The notes under the pieces: model-generated | Databases searched by the model: none | What the model was told of the DNA's origin: nothing | The model's input: the letters and a program-made list of their open reading frames with translations, nothing else | Origin: an uncultured Collinsella sp. | GTDB lineage: Bacteria > Actinomycetota > Coriobacteriia > Coriobacteriales > Coriobacteriaceae | Length of the DNA stretch: 64,000 nucleotides | Direction of reading: 5' to 3' | NCBI GenBank assembly: GCA_959605475.1 | Contig: CAUHFS010000002.1 | Span: 48-64,047 of the forward strand | Program-made: the position numbers and the translations under genes | In this document: positions 37,301 through 46,434 of the stretch, piece by piece | How the letters are laid out: each line of letters starts with the position of its first letter | Numbering within the stretch: the first letter of the stretch is position 1

Positions 37301-38087
37301 AGACGGGTTTGGCGTCGCGGCCGAGTTCGTGGCGCATCTCCATGTAGCGGTCGAAGGCCTGCTGCACCACGGCGTCGTCGATCGTCACGTCATCCAGGAC
37401 GGTGCCGAAGGTGGTGTGGCGGCAGTGGTCGGACCAATAGGTGTCGATCACACGGATTTCGGTGATGGTGGGGTCGCGGTCCTCATCGCGGAAGTACTGC
37501 TGGCAGAAGGCGATGTCTGCCTCGTCCATGGCAAGGCCGCGCTCGGAAATAAAGGCGGCAAGGCCGGTCTCGTCGAGCTCGCGGAAACCGTCGAGCACCT
37601 CGACGGGCTGGGGCTCGGGGGTCTCCATGTACAGCGTCTCGGGCAGGTCGAGCGAGGCGATGCGCGCCTCGACGGGGTTCACCACGTAGTGCTTGATGGC
37701 ATCGATGGCGGCCTCGTCCAGAGTGCCCGAGATCATATAGACCTTGGCGGAGCGCACGGCGGGGCGCTCGCCCTGGCTGATGAGCTGCGCGCACTCGCTG
37801 GCGGAGTCGGCGCGCTGGTCAAACTGGCCAGGCAGGAATTCGACGGCAAAGACGGCGCCACCGCTTGCGGGGAGCTCGTCGTAGGTCACATCGACCTGGG
37901 GCTCGCTAAAGACGGTCGGCACGCAGGAGCGGAAAAGCTCCTCGTCGATGCCCTCGACGTCGTAGCGGTTGATGATCCTCAGGGCCTCGATGCCCTTGAT
38001 GCCGAGAATTTCGGTCAGCTCGCCCTTGAGCTGCTGAGCCTCGACGTCGAACCCGGGTTTCTTCTCCACGTAGATACGAGAGACCAT
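34341..38087 (-). CDS. purL: Phosphoribosylformylglycinamidine synthase (single-chain, fused glutaminase)
   Basis: WSDHCRH, KNETHNHPT, SESQERM and GGKDSM; C-terminal GGFS, GICNGFQ, SHGEG and MGHAER. Confidence 0.97.
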   Translation of the reverse strand: MVSRIYVEKKPGFDVEAQQLKGELTEILGIKGIEALRIINRYDVEGIDEELFRSCVPTVFSEPQVDVTYDELPASGGAVFAVEFLPGQFDQRADSASECAQLISQGERPAVRSAKVYMISGTLDEAAIDAIKHYVVNPVEARIASLDLPETLYMETPEPQPVEVLDGFRELDETGLAAFISERGLAMDEADIAFCQQYFRDEDRDPTITEIRVIDTYWSDHCRHTTFGTVLDDVTIDDAVVQQAFDRYMEMRHELGRDAKPVCLMDMGTIGAKYLKKTGVMTDVDESEEINACTVKVKVDVDGEDQDWLFLFKNETHNHPTEIEPFGGAATCVGGAIRDPLSGRSYVYQAMRVTGAGDPTVPVSETLEGKLPQRKLVTTAAAGYSSYGNQIGLATGQVNELYHPGYVAKRMEVGAVVGATPANHVRRECPAPTDKIILLGGRTGRDGIGGATGSSKTQNTESIETSGAEVQKGNAPVERKLQRLFRRGDACRLIKRCNDFGAGGVSVAVGELADGLYVDLDTVTKKYDGLDGTELAISESQERMACAVADGDVEEFMGYAAEENLEATVIAEVTAEPRMRMAWNGVAIVDLSREFLNSNGAPKHQVAHVCARSVWQPSWAGTTLAERMTSLVTDLNVASNKGLSERFDSTIGAATVLMPFGGKTQLTPSSAMVAKFPVDGETTTASAMAWGFNPYLMEADQFAGAYLSVVESIAKLVAAGFEHKRAYLSFQEYFERLRTEAERWGKPTAAVLGALMAQVDLGAGAIGGKDSMSGSFEDETGELNVPPTLISFAVAVGKAARAVSPEFKGLTHRVVRIAPATYGEDYRPDAQQLLAAFDAVEALTATGNALAISTPGYGCGAESLFKMCVGNQIGIELAEDVDVESLFTPLYGSFIVELAEDAELPEVADGVVVEPLGTTVEGYVIDTGSEVIELAELQEAWESGIEGVFTYRSAGETPEVETIDFRAKDIHVYGGAKIARPRVIIPVFPGNNCEYDSARAFRAAGAEADTFVINNLTPEAVAESTHELARRIRASQIVMIPGGFSGGDEPDGSAKFITAFFRAPEVTEAVRDLLKARDGLMLGICNGFQALIKLGLVPYGDIVDATPDAPTLTFNTIGRHQSRLVRTRISSNLSPWLSQCSLDDPYTVAISHGEGRFVANDEVLAQLIANGQVATQYVGEDGKPSMDLSVNPNGSALAIEGITSPDGRVLGKMGHAERRGDNLYRNVPEHVPGDKFMPIFESGVAYFA

Positions 38088-38271
38088 TGGTTCCTGCCTT
38101 CCTGATCGGTTGGGCGTACGGTGCGGTATGCGGCAGCGGTCGGTTTACGGGGCAAGCCTCGCGGTCGCCTTGAGCCACATGTTTGTAAACCTCACTATAA
38201 TACGACAGCTCGCGGCGCGTTGAGGACGGCGAGGGTGCTACAGTGGGGCTCAAACAAGAGAAAGGCATCAC

Positions 38272-39834
38272 ATGGCATTCGTTTCGCTCGCCATCATCGC
38301 ACTCGTGGCCTTTGCGAGTCCCTTCATCGCCTCGGCGATTCCCGGAAAACCTGTTCCCGAGACGGTCTTTTTGCTCGTGCTCGGCGCGGTGCTGGGACCC
38401 CATATGCTCGGCGTCATCCATGTAGATGCCGAGGTCTCGCTTGTGTCCGAGCTGGGCCTGGCCTTTTTGTTCCTGCTTGCCGGCTTTGAGATCGACCCCA
38501 AGAGCATCACGGGCGTCGAGGGGCGCTACGGCTTGGCGACGTGGGCCGTCACGTTTGGTATCGCCTGGCTTGCCGTGCGCTTTACCCCGTGGTTCTCGGT
38601 CAGTCATTTCGACGGTATCGCCGTGACGCTTGCCCTCACTTCGACGGCGCTCGGCACGCTCGTGCCCATCATGCGTGAGCGCTCGCTCACTGGCACGCGT
38701 GTGGGCGACTCGATTCTCGCGTATGGCACCTGGGGTGAGCTCGGCCCTGTGCTCGCCATGTCGGTGCTGCTGTCTGCCCGCACTGGCATCCAAACGCTCG
38801 TAATCCTTGGCCTGTTTGCGGTGGTCTGCGTGTTGCTTGCCGTGGTCCCAAGCCGCTCCAAGCGCGTCGGCAGCCGCTTCTTTGCGTTTGTCGAGGAACG
38901 CGCCGATACCACGTCGCAGACCTTCGTGCGCCTGACGGTGCTCATCCTGGTCACACTCGTGGCTTTCTCGGCCGTCTTTGATCTCGACATTGTGTTGGGT
39001 TCTTTTGCCGCCGGCTTTGTCTTGCGCTACATCATCCCCGAGGGCAACCATACGCTCGAGACCAAGCTCGACGGCCTGGCCTACGGCTTTTTGATTCCGG
39101 TGTTCTTTACCGTATCGGGCGCAAAGATCGACCTGACGGCCGTGGCGTCGCGCCCGGGTCTGCTCGTGGGCTTTATCGTGGCGTTGCTGATTATTCGTGC
39201 CGTGCCCATTCTTATTTCTATGAGCATTTGCCCTGCGACGCGCGATGTGTCGGCGTATGGTCGCATTACCGTGGCCCTGTACTGCACCACGGCGCTGCCG
39301 ATCATCGTTGCCGTGACGAGCGTTGCCGTCAACGCGGGCGCGCTGTCGCAAGACATCGCGTCGGTTATGGTTGCCGCCGGCGCCATCACGGTGTTCTTGA
39401 TGCCATTGCTCGCGCAGCTCTTCTACCGCGTGGTGGATGCCGCGCCGGTCGCCGCCGTGGCAGAAGTTGCCGAGCATCCATCCGATGCGCTCGACATCCT
39501 GCGCGCCCACCACGACTTAGCGAGCTTGCTCGCGCGCGAGCATGAGCTGCTGACTTCGCATGGCCATGGTCGCGTATTCGAGGGCCTGCCTACGCTCGAT
39601 GCGATTGCCGAGCGTCTTTCCGCCGAGGCGGCGAGCGGCCACATCGATGCCCGCATCGTGGACGCGGCGCACCTACTTGCCGATAAGACCTATGGAGACG
39701 AGGTCGACCCGTCCGAGCTGACCCCACGCGAGCGCCGCCGTCTGGAGCGCGCCAAGCTCGCCGTGCGCGAATACCGCCGCCGCATGCTGGAGCTCTATGC
39801 AAGAGAAGAAGCCGAGGACGACGACGGCAGGTAG
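38272..39834 (+). CDS. Cation:proton antiporter (CPA2-like) with soluble C-terminal tail
   Basis: LGLAFLFLLAGFEID, TSTALG, LGSFAAG and FLIPVFF motifs. Confidence 0.85.
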   Translation: MAFVSLAIIALVAFASPFIASAIPGKPVPETVFLLVLGAVLGPHMLGVIHVDAEVSLVSELGLAFLFLLAGFEIDPKSITGVEGRYGLATWAVTFGIAWLAVRFTPWFSVSHFDGIAVTLALTSTALGTLVPIMRERSLTGTRVGDSILAYGTWGELGPVLAMSVLLSARTGIQTLVILGLFAVVCVLLAVVPSRSKRVGSRFFAFVEERADTTSQTFVRLTVLILVTLVAFSAVFDLDIVLGSFAAGFVLRYIIPEGNHTLETKLDGLAYGFLIPVFFTVSGAKIDLTAVASRPGLLVGFIVALLIIRAVPILISMSICPATRDVSAYGRITVALYCTTALPIIVAVTSVAVNAGALSQDIASVMVAAGAITVFLMPLLAQLFYRVVDAAPVAAVAEVAEHPSDALDILRAHHDLASLLAREHELLTSHGHGRVFEGLPTLDAIAERLSAEAASGHIDARIVDAAHLLADKTYGDEVDPSELTPRERRRLERAKLAVREYRRRMLELYAREEAEDDDGR

Positions 39835-39845
39835 CCAACGCCGCC

Positions 39846-40017
39846 GCGGAAAATGCATCCCGGAATTGGCGTCCAGAGTGGGACGTGCTTTCCGCGAGAG
39901 GCCCGTTGCGGAAAGCGTGTCCCAGAATCCGCGCCCAGAATGGGACATAGTTTCCGAAAAAGGCCCTGAGGGAAGCTTCGCCCCGTTCTGAGCTGAAATA
40001 CCGGGACGCAGCTTCCC
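39846..40017. repeat. Three degenerate palindromic units with a 62-bp period (REP/BIME-like)
   Basis: Units at about 39846, 39908 and 39970, each GGAA..(T/C)CCC-spacer-GGGAC..TTCC; the third is inverted. Confidence 0.6.
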
Positions 40018-40030
40018 CTGCAAACAGAAG

Positions 40031-40071
40031 AAGGCGCGCTGCCTGTGGTTGATGCAGGCAGCGCGCCTTTT
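40031..40071. terminator. Intrinsic terminator between convergent genes
   Basis: aaggcgcgctgcctg...caggcagcgcgcctttt. Confidence 0.8.
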
Positions 40072-40104
40072 GCGTTGAGCTTCGTTGAGGTTCGAAGTAG
40101 TGGA

Positions 40105-41448
40105 CTAGTTGGCCATGACGCCTTCGGTCCAGGCCTCAACGTCCTCGATGCGCAGGACGTTGGCGACCTCGGCCACGCAGTCGACGCTGGCAAGCTCGGC
40201 GGCGGCAGCCTGGACGTCCTTCTCGAGCGCGCGGTGCGTCAGGAAGATGACCGAGCAGGCATCGCTGACGCCCGGCTTGCCGTCCTCGACCTGGTTGATG
40301 AGCGAGATCGAGATGTTGTGCTTGGCAAAGATGTCGACCGTCTCGGACAGGGCGCCCACGCGGTCGGCGACCTTCAGGCGCACATAGTACTTGGTCTGGA
40401 GCTCGTCCATAGGCTTAAAGGCGAGGTTGTGACCATAGGGCTCAATCTCGGGCAGCGGAGCCACGCCGCGGCTGATCTGCTCGGAGAGCGACAGGATATC
40501 GCCCACGACGGCGCTCGCGGTGGGGAAGGAGCCTGCGCCGGCACCGTAGAACATGGTTTCGCCCACGGCGTCGCCTACTACGTAGACGGCGTTCATGGCA
40601 CCGTTGACCTTGGCGAGCATGTGGTCGGCGGGGATCAGCGTGGGATGCACGCGGACGTCGACGCCGGCGTCGGTGTTGCGGGCGATGCCGAGCAGCTTGA
40701 TGGTGTAGCCGAGCTCGCGGGCCTGGGCGATGTCCTCGGCGCCGATGGTGCGGATACCCTGCTGGTACACATCGTCGGTGGTAACGCGGGTGCCAAAACC
40801 GATGGAAGCGAGGATCGCCGTCTTGCTGGCGGCATCGAAGCCGTCGACGTCGGCGGACGGGTCGGCCTCGGCATAGCCCTTGGCCTGTGCGTCGGCGAGC
40901 ACATCGGCGTAATCGGCGCCTTCGGCATCCATGCGCGACAGGATATAGTTGGTGGTACCGTTGAGAATACCGGCGATGGTCAGGATCTTGTTGCCCACCA
41001 GGTCGTGCTCGAGCGTGCTCACGATGGGGATGCCGCCGCCGCAGCTGGCCTCGCACTTAATCTGCACGCCGCACGCGCGCGCCTTCTCGGCGAGCGTCTC
41101 GACATGGCGGCCCAGCAGGGCCTTGTTGGCAGAGACGACGTGCTTGCCGTTCTCGAAGGCAGTGGTGAAGATCTCGGTTGCGGGATGCTCGCCGCCGATC
41201 AGCTCGACGACGATGTCGACGGCGGGGTCGGCGACGACGTCATGCCAGTCACTCGTAAAGGCCTCGCGCTCAATACCGGCTGCTTCGGCCTGCTCCCAGG
41301 CAAGCGCGCAGGCGCGGGTCAGCTTAAGGTCGATGCCGTAGGCTGCCAGGTACTCATCGTGGTGGCTCTTGATCAGACGGGCCACGCCGCCGCCGACGGT
41401 TCCCAGACCGATCAGACCGACGTTCACGGTGCGCAGGGGTTCGCTCAT
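40105..41448 (-). CDS. hom: Homoserine dehydrogenase with ACT domain
   Basis: GLGTVGGG, SANKA, GGGIP, ILNGTTNYIL, GYAEADP and GAGAG...TASAV motifs. Confidence 0.96.
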   Translation of the reverse strand: MSEPLRTVNVGLIGLGTVGGGVARLIKSHHDEYLAAYGIDLKLTRACALAWEQAEAAGIEREAFTSDWHDVVADPAVDIVVELIGGEHPATEIFTTAFENGKHVVSANKALLGRHVETLAEKARACGVQIKCEASCGGGIPIVSTLEHDLVGNKILTIAGILNGTTNYILSRMDAEGADYADVLADAQAKGYAEADPSADVDGFDAASKTAILASIGFGTRVTTDDVYQQGIRTIGAEDIAQARELGYTIKLLGIARNTDAGVDVRVHPTLIPADHMLAKVNGAMNAVYVVGDAVGETMFYGAGAGSFPTASAVVGDILSLSEQISRGVAPLPEIEPYGHNLAFKPMDELQTKYYVRLKVADRVGALSETVDIFAKHNISISLINQVEDGKPGVSDACSVIFLTHRALEKDVQAAAAELASVDCVAEVANVLRIEDVEAWTEGVMAN

Positions 41449-41698
41449 AGATAGCTCCTTGGTGCATCTTATGGATGGATTAACCGCTTAAAGGTTGAGT
41501 GCATTCTAGCGTGAACCGAGAGCGCGTGCTCGCCAGGCAACAGGAGTCGCACAAAACGGCACCCCCGAAACGCTGCGGAAACATTGGAAACATGCTCGCT
41601 ACAAACGGAACTCCGTAACAAACTGTCAACGTTTGCACCATAAGGTTTGCCCTGTACCGCAAGACGGCCGCACCGCGGCCAGCGAAAAGGGGGATACC

Positions 41699-42865
41699 AT
41701 GTTTAGCATCAATAACGTACTTAACCGCAGGAGTTTCTTGGCTGGTGCCGCGGCGTTCGGTAGCACCGCGGCACTCGCTGGTTGCTCGTCGGGTGGCTCG
41801 GACGGCGGCTCCGCCGATGACGGCAAGACCTTCAAGATTGGTGTCATCGGCCCTCTGACCGGCGCCGCGGCAACCTATGGCGTTTCGGCCGAGAAGGGTG
41901 CCAAGCTCGCCGCCAAGGATTTTTCGACCAAGGACCTCAAACTCTCGCTTAAGTCCGAGGACGACGTCGCTGACGGCGAGAAGGCCATCAACGCCTTCAA
42001 TACCCTGTGCGACTGGGGCATGCAGGCGCTCGTCGGCCCCGTCACGACCGGTGCTGCCGTCGCCGTCTCGGGCGAGATCGCCGACGATATGCTCATGGTC
42101 ACGCCCTCGGCCTCGTCGCTCGACGTCACCAAGGACAAGACCACGGTTTTCCAGGTTTGCTTCACCGATCCCACCATGGGCGCCAGCGCCGCAAAGTTCT
42201 TGGCCGAGAAGTACGCGGATGCCAAGATCGCCCTGTTCTACAACTCCGGCGATACGTATAGCTCGGGCGTTGCCGACGCTTTTGCCGAGCAGGCCAAGGC
42301 GTCCAAGCTCGACATCGTCGATACCGAGACCTTTAAGGACGACTCTTCCACGAGCTTTACCAACCAGCTCACCAAGGCCAAGGAGTCCGGCGCCACGCTC
42401 ATCTTTGCGCCGATCTACTACACGCCGGCGTCCGTTTTGCTCAAGAACGCCAAGGACATGGGCTACGACATGACCCTCATGGGTACCGACGGCATGGACG
42501 GCCTGCTCTCTGTGGAAGGCTTCGATACCTCTCTTGCCGAGGGCGTACTGCTCATGACCCCGTTTTCGGCTGACGATGAGAAGAATGCCGACTTCGTCAA
42601 GGCCTATAAGGATGCCTACGACGAGACGCCCAACCAGTTTGCCGCCGATGCCTATGACTGCGTCCACGCGATTGTCGAGGCCATCGATAAGGCAGACATT
42701 GACATTACGGCCGACGGCGCCGACATTGCCGGCGACCTTGCCAAGGCCATGCGCAAGATCAAGATCGAGGGCCTGACGGGCGAGTTGACGTGGAACGACA
42801 AGGGCCAGGTTGAAAAGCCCGCTACGGCCTATGTGATTCAGGACGGCAAGTACATCGCCGCCTAG
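41699..42865 (+). CDS. Branched-chain amino acid ABC transporter substrate-binding lipoprotein (copy 1)
   Basis: NRRSFL Tat-like motif, LAGC lipobox, IGVIGPLTG and FAADAYD. Confidence 0.9.
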   Translation: MFSINNVLNRRSFLAGAAAFGSTAALAGCSSGGSDGGSADDGKTFKIGVIGPLTGAAATYGVSAEKGAKLAAKDFSTKDLKLSLKSEDDVADGEKAINAFNTLCDWGMQALVGPVTTGAAVAVSGEIADDMLMVTPSASSLDVTKDKTTVFQVCFTDPTMGASAAKFLAEKYADAKIALFYNSGDTYSSGVADAFAEQAKASKLDIVDTETFKDDSSTSFTNQLTKAKESGATLIFAPIYYTPASVLLKNAKDMGYDMTLMGTDGMDGLLSVEGFDTSLAEGVLLMTPFSADDEKNADFVKAYKDAYDETPNQFAADAYDCVHAIVEAIDKADIDITADGADIAGDLAKAMRKIKIEGLTGELTWNDKGQVEKPATAYVIQDGKYIAA

Positions 42866-43136
42866 GTGCGTACAAAACGCGACCGGTGAGGGTGTTTTAA
42901 TCAGGGCAGGGGCGCTTGTAACAGAATGGAAATATTACTTTCACACAATAAAGTGGCTAAACTGCATAAATCGATAGAAATACGCATAATTATGGATAAA
43001 TGGACAAAACAAAAGAAAAGTTGAAATAATCGTCACTTTTCTCAACTAAAGCGTCTACTATTTTGCGAACGCCGAACACGGCGAAGGATGGCCTGTCGGG
43101 TAACCGAAACCCGACGAGATTTGAGAGGAGAGCCGC

Positions 43137-44324
43137 ATGTCGAGCCTCACCGGTAAGTCATTGAACCCTGTTATGAATCGCAGGAGCGTTATCGCGAGCG
43201 CAGCAGGTCTGGGGGCGATGTCCATTCTAGCTGGCTGCTCCTCCAACGGCGGCGACAGCGGTTCCGCGTCGGGCGACGCTTCGTTTAAGATCGGCACCAT
43301 CGGCCCGCTGACCGGCGCCAACGCGTCCTACGGCAAGTCCGTTACCCAGGGTGTCGAGCTTGGCTGCAAGGATTTCTCGACCAAGGAGCTGCCGCTTGCT
43401 AGCAAGGCCGAGGATGACCAGGCCGATGGCGAGAAGGCCGTCAACGCCTTTAACACCCTGCTCGACTGGGGCATGCAGGCCCTCGTCGGCCCGACCACCA
43501 CGGGTGCGTCGGTTGCCGTTGCCGCCGAGTGTGGTAACGACCCCAAGACGTTCATGATCACCCCGTCCGCGTCCTCCGAGGACGTCACCGACGGCAAGGA
43601 TTGTGTCTTCCAGGTTTGCTTCACCGACCCCAACCAGGGTGTCAACGCTGCCAAGTTCCTGGCGCAGAAGTATGCGGACGAGAAGTTCGTGCTGTTCTAT
43701 AACTCCGGCGACGCATATTCTTCGGGCATCGCAGATTCCTTTAAGGCCCAGGCCGCTGAGTCCAAGCTCGAGATTGTTGACGAGGAGACCTTTAAGGACG
43801 ACTCCGCCACGAGCTTTACGAACCAGCTGACCAAGGCCAAGCAGGCCGGCGCCACCATGATCTTTGCGCCGATCTACTACACGCCGGCGTCCGTCCTGCT
43901 CAAGAACGCCAAGGACATGGGCTACGACGTCAAGATGATGGGCTGCGACGGCATGGACGGCATCCTGGGCGTTGAGGGCTTCGATACCTCTCTTGCCGAG
44001 GGTCTGCTGCTCATGACCCCGTTCTCCGCCGACGACGAGAAGAACGCCGACTTCGTCAACGCTTACAAGGATAAGTACGGCGATACCCCCGACCAGTTTG
44101 CCGCCGATGCCTACGATGGCGTGCACGCGGTGGCCGAGGCCCTCAAGGAGGCCGGTCTTGGCGTCGACGCCGATCCGACCGAGGCCGCCGAGAAGCTGTC
44201 CAAGGCTATGCTCAAGATTACCGTTGACGGTCTGACCGGCAAGCTCACCTGGAACGATAAGGGCCAGGTCCAGAAGGAGCCCACGGCTTACGTCATCACC
44301 GACGGCAAGTACGTACAGGCCTAA
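43137..44324 (+). CDS. Branched-chain amino acid ABC transporter substrate-binding lipoprotein (copy 2)
   Basis: NRRSVI, LAGC lipobox and IGTIGPLTG; clear paralog of the upstream gene. Confidence 0.9.
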   Translation: MSSLTGKSLNPVMNRRSVIASAAGLGAMSILAGCSSNGGDSGSASGDASFKIGTIGPLTGANASYGKSVTQGVELGCKDFSTKELPLASKAEDDQADGEKAVNAFNTLLDWGMQALVGPTTTGASVAVAAECGNDPKTFMITPSASSEDVTDGKDCVFQVCFTDPNQGVNAAKFLAQKYADEKFVLFYNSGDAYSSGIADSFKAQAAESKLEIVDEETFKDDSATSFTNQLTKAKQAGATMIFAPIYYTPASVLLKNAKDMGYDVKMMGCDGMDGILGVEGFDTSLAEGLLLMTPFSADDEKNADFVNAYKDKYGDTPDQFAADAYDGVHAVAEALKEAGLGVDADPTEAAEKLSKAMLKITVDGLTGKLTWNDKGQVQKEPTAYVITDGKYVQA

Positions 44325-44463
44325 TTGGCCGCCTTACATAGAGCGGTTTTGATCCCAAGCAGGGGAGGTTTTGGCCTTCCCTGCTTGCTTGGTATCTAGG
44401 GACGATGTAACGTCCCTGTTTCATACATCAACTGGAAACCTATTCGAAAGGGGGATGTGGAAC

Positions 44464-45345
44464 ATGACGGTCTTTATCCAATACCTGGTCAACGGCCTGT
44501 CCATGGGCAGCGTCTACGCCATCATCGCGTTGGGCTACACCATGGTCTACGGTATCGCCAAGATGCTCAACTTCGCTCACGGCGACGTCATCATGGTCGG
44601 TGCCTATGTCTCGTTCTGTGCCACGTCGTATCTCGGCCTCCCGGGCTGGGCATCTGTAGTTCTCTCTTGTGTGGTCTGCACGGTTCTCGGTGTTCTCATT
44701 GAGGGTCTGGCCTATAAGCCGCTGCGCCAAGCAGGCCCGCTGGCCGTTCTGATCACGGCTATCGGCGTGTCCTACTTCCTGCAGAACGCCGCGCAGCTTC
44801 TGTGGGGCGCCACGCCCAAGAACTTTACTTCGCTCGTCACCTTCCAGGTGCCGGAGTTCTTGGCCAAGTTCAACGTAAGCGCCGTCTCGCTCGTCACCAT
44901 CGTCGCCTGCCTGGTTATCATGGCCGGCCTGATGTTCTTTACAGGTAAGACCAAGATGGGCAAAGCCATGCGCGCCGTGTCCGAGGACAAGGCCGCCGCT
45001 CAGCTCATGGGCATCAACGTCAACCGTACCATCTCGATGACGTTCGCCATCGGCTCTGCCCTTGCCGCCATCGCCGGTGTGCTCCTGTGCTCCTACTCGC
45101 CGGTGCTGCAGCCCACGACGGGTGCCATGCCTGGCATCAAAGCCTTCGACGCCGCCGTCTTCGGTGGCATCGGCTCCATCCCCGGCGCCTTTGTCGGTGG
45201 CATTCTCATCGGCATCATCGAGGCGATGGCACAGGCTTACATTTCCACGAGCCTTGCCAACTCCATCGTCTTTGGTGTTCTGATCATCGTCCTGCTCGTC
45301 AAGCCTGCCGGCCTCTTGGGCAAGTACGTCCCCGAGAAGGTGTAG
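44464..45345 (+). CDS. livH: BCAA ABC transporter permease
   Basis: YAIIALGYTMVYG...NFAHG, GKAMRAVSED and GGIGSIPGA motifs. Confidence 0.93.
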   Translation: MTVFIQYLVNGLSMGSVYAIIALGYTMVYGIAKMLNFAHGDVIMVGAYVSFCATSYLGLPGWASVVLSCVVCTVLGVLIEGLAYKPLRQAGPLAVLITAIGVSYFLQNAAQLLWGATPKNFTSLVTFQVPEFLAKFNVSAVSLVTIVACLVIMAGLMFFTGKTKMGKAMRAVSEDKAAAQLMGINVNRTISMTFAIGSALAAIAGVLLCSYSPVLQPTTGAMPGIKAFDAAVFGGIGSIPGAFVGGILIGIIEAMAQAYISTSLANSIVFGVLIIVLLVKPAGLLGKYVPEKV

Positions 45346-46434
45346 GTGAGCGTTATGAAGTTTCTTAAAGACAAGCAGACGCGTCACGACTTTGTTACGT
45401 ACGCCATGTGCATCGTGGCCTTCGCCATCGTGTTCTTTATGCAGTCGAACCACATGATTCCGCGCATGATCGCCGGTCAGCTGGTTCCCATCACGGCCTA
45501 TATCGTCATGGCCATTTCCCTCAACCTCGTCGTCGGCATCGCGGGCGACCTGTCGCTGGGTCATGCGGGCTTTATGAGTGTCGGTGCCTACACGGGCATC
45601 GTCACCGCGGTCGCCCTCGAGAGCGCCGTTCCCTCCGATCCTGTGCGCCTTATCATCAGCATCGTGGTCGGCGCCATCGCTGCCGCCATCCTGGGCTTCT
45701 TGATCGGTATCCCGGTCCTGCGCCTGAGCGGCGACTATCTGGCCATCGTGACCCTGGCTTTTGGCGAGATCATCAAAGAGATCGTCACCTGCCTTATTGT
45801 GGGCGTCGACTCCCGCGGCCTGCACGTGATCTTTAACATCACGGGCAACTCTACGATCGACGACCTGCATCTGCTCGAGGACGGCACCGCCATCATCAAG
45901 GGCGCGCAGGGCGCATCGGGCGTGTCGACCTATTCGACCTTCCTCGCCGGTGCCATCCTGGTCATGGTCGCACTCGTGATCGTGCTCAACCTGGTTCGCA
46001 GCCGTACCGGCCGTGCCATTATGGCCGTGCGCGATAACAAGATTGCAGCCGAGTCCGTAGGCATCTCCGTCACCGAGTACCGCATGATTGCCTTCGTGGT
46101 TTCCGCTGCCCTCGCCGGTGCTGCCGGAGCTCTCTTCGGCGGTAACTTCTCGCAGCTCTCCGCCACCAAGTTCGACTTCAACACGTCCATCCTCATCCTG
46201 GTGTTCGTGGTCCTGGGCGGTCTGGGCAATATGCGCGGCTCCGTCATCGCGGCGGCGTTGCTCACGGTGCTCCCCGAGCTGCTCCGTCAGTTCTCGGACT
46301 ACCGCATGCTCATCTACGCCATCGTGCTGATCCTGGTCATGATCTTTACCAACAACCCGCAGCTCAAGGCGTTCTTCGGTCGCGTCAAGGACCGCTTTGC
46401 TTCCAAGAAGGAGGTGGCAGCCGATGCCCAGTAA
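45346..46434 (+). CDS. livM: BCAA ABC transporter permease
   Basis: LSLGHAGF, LRLSGDYLAIVTLAFGEII and VVLGGLG motifs. Confidence 0.93.
   Translation: MSVMKFLKDKQTRHDFVTYAMCIVAFAIVFFMQSNHMIPRMIAGQLVPITAYIVMAISLNLVVGIAGDLSLGHAGFMSVGAYTGIVTAVALESAVPSDPVRLIISIVVGAIAAAILGFLIGIPVLRLSGDYLAIVTLAFGEIIKEIVTCLIVGVDSRGLHVIFNITGNSTIDDLHLLEDGTAIIKGAQGASGVSTYSTFLAGAILVMVALVIVLNLVRSRTGRAIMAVRDNKIAAESVGISVTEYRMIAFVVSAALAGAAGALFGGNFSQLSATKFDFNTSILILVFVVLGGLGNMRGSVIAAALLTVLPELLRQFSDYRMLIYAIVLILVMIFTNNPQLKAFFGRVKDRFASKKEVAADAQ

Noticed and set aside
35814..38105. 763-aa plus-strand ORF (likewise 6454-7881, 12298-14349, 33843-35678, 40045-41454 and 44440-46659)
   Set aside because: Antisense shadows of well-supported genes in GC-rich DNA, with no recognisable motifs.
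38088..38200. ZTP or purine riboswitch upstream of purL
   Set aside because: The minus-strand leader lacks the conserved motifs I would expect; cmscan would settle it.
39846..40017. Possible CRISPR array from the 62-bp periodicity
   Set aside because: Only three degenerate units, one inverted, very short linkers, and no cas genes in the window.
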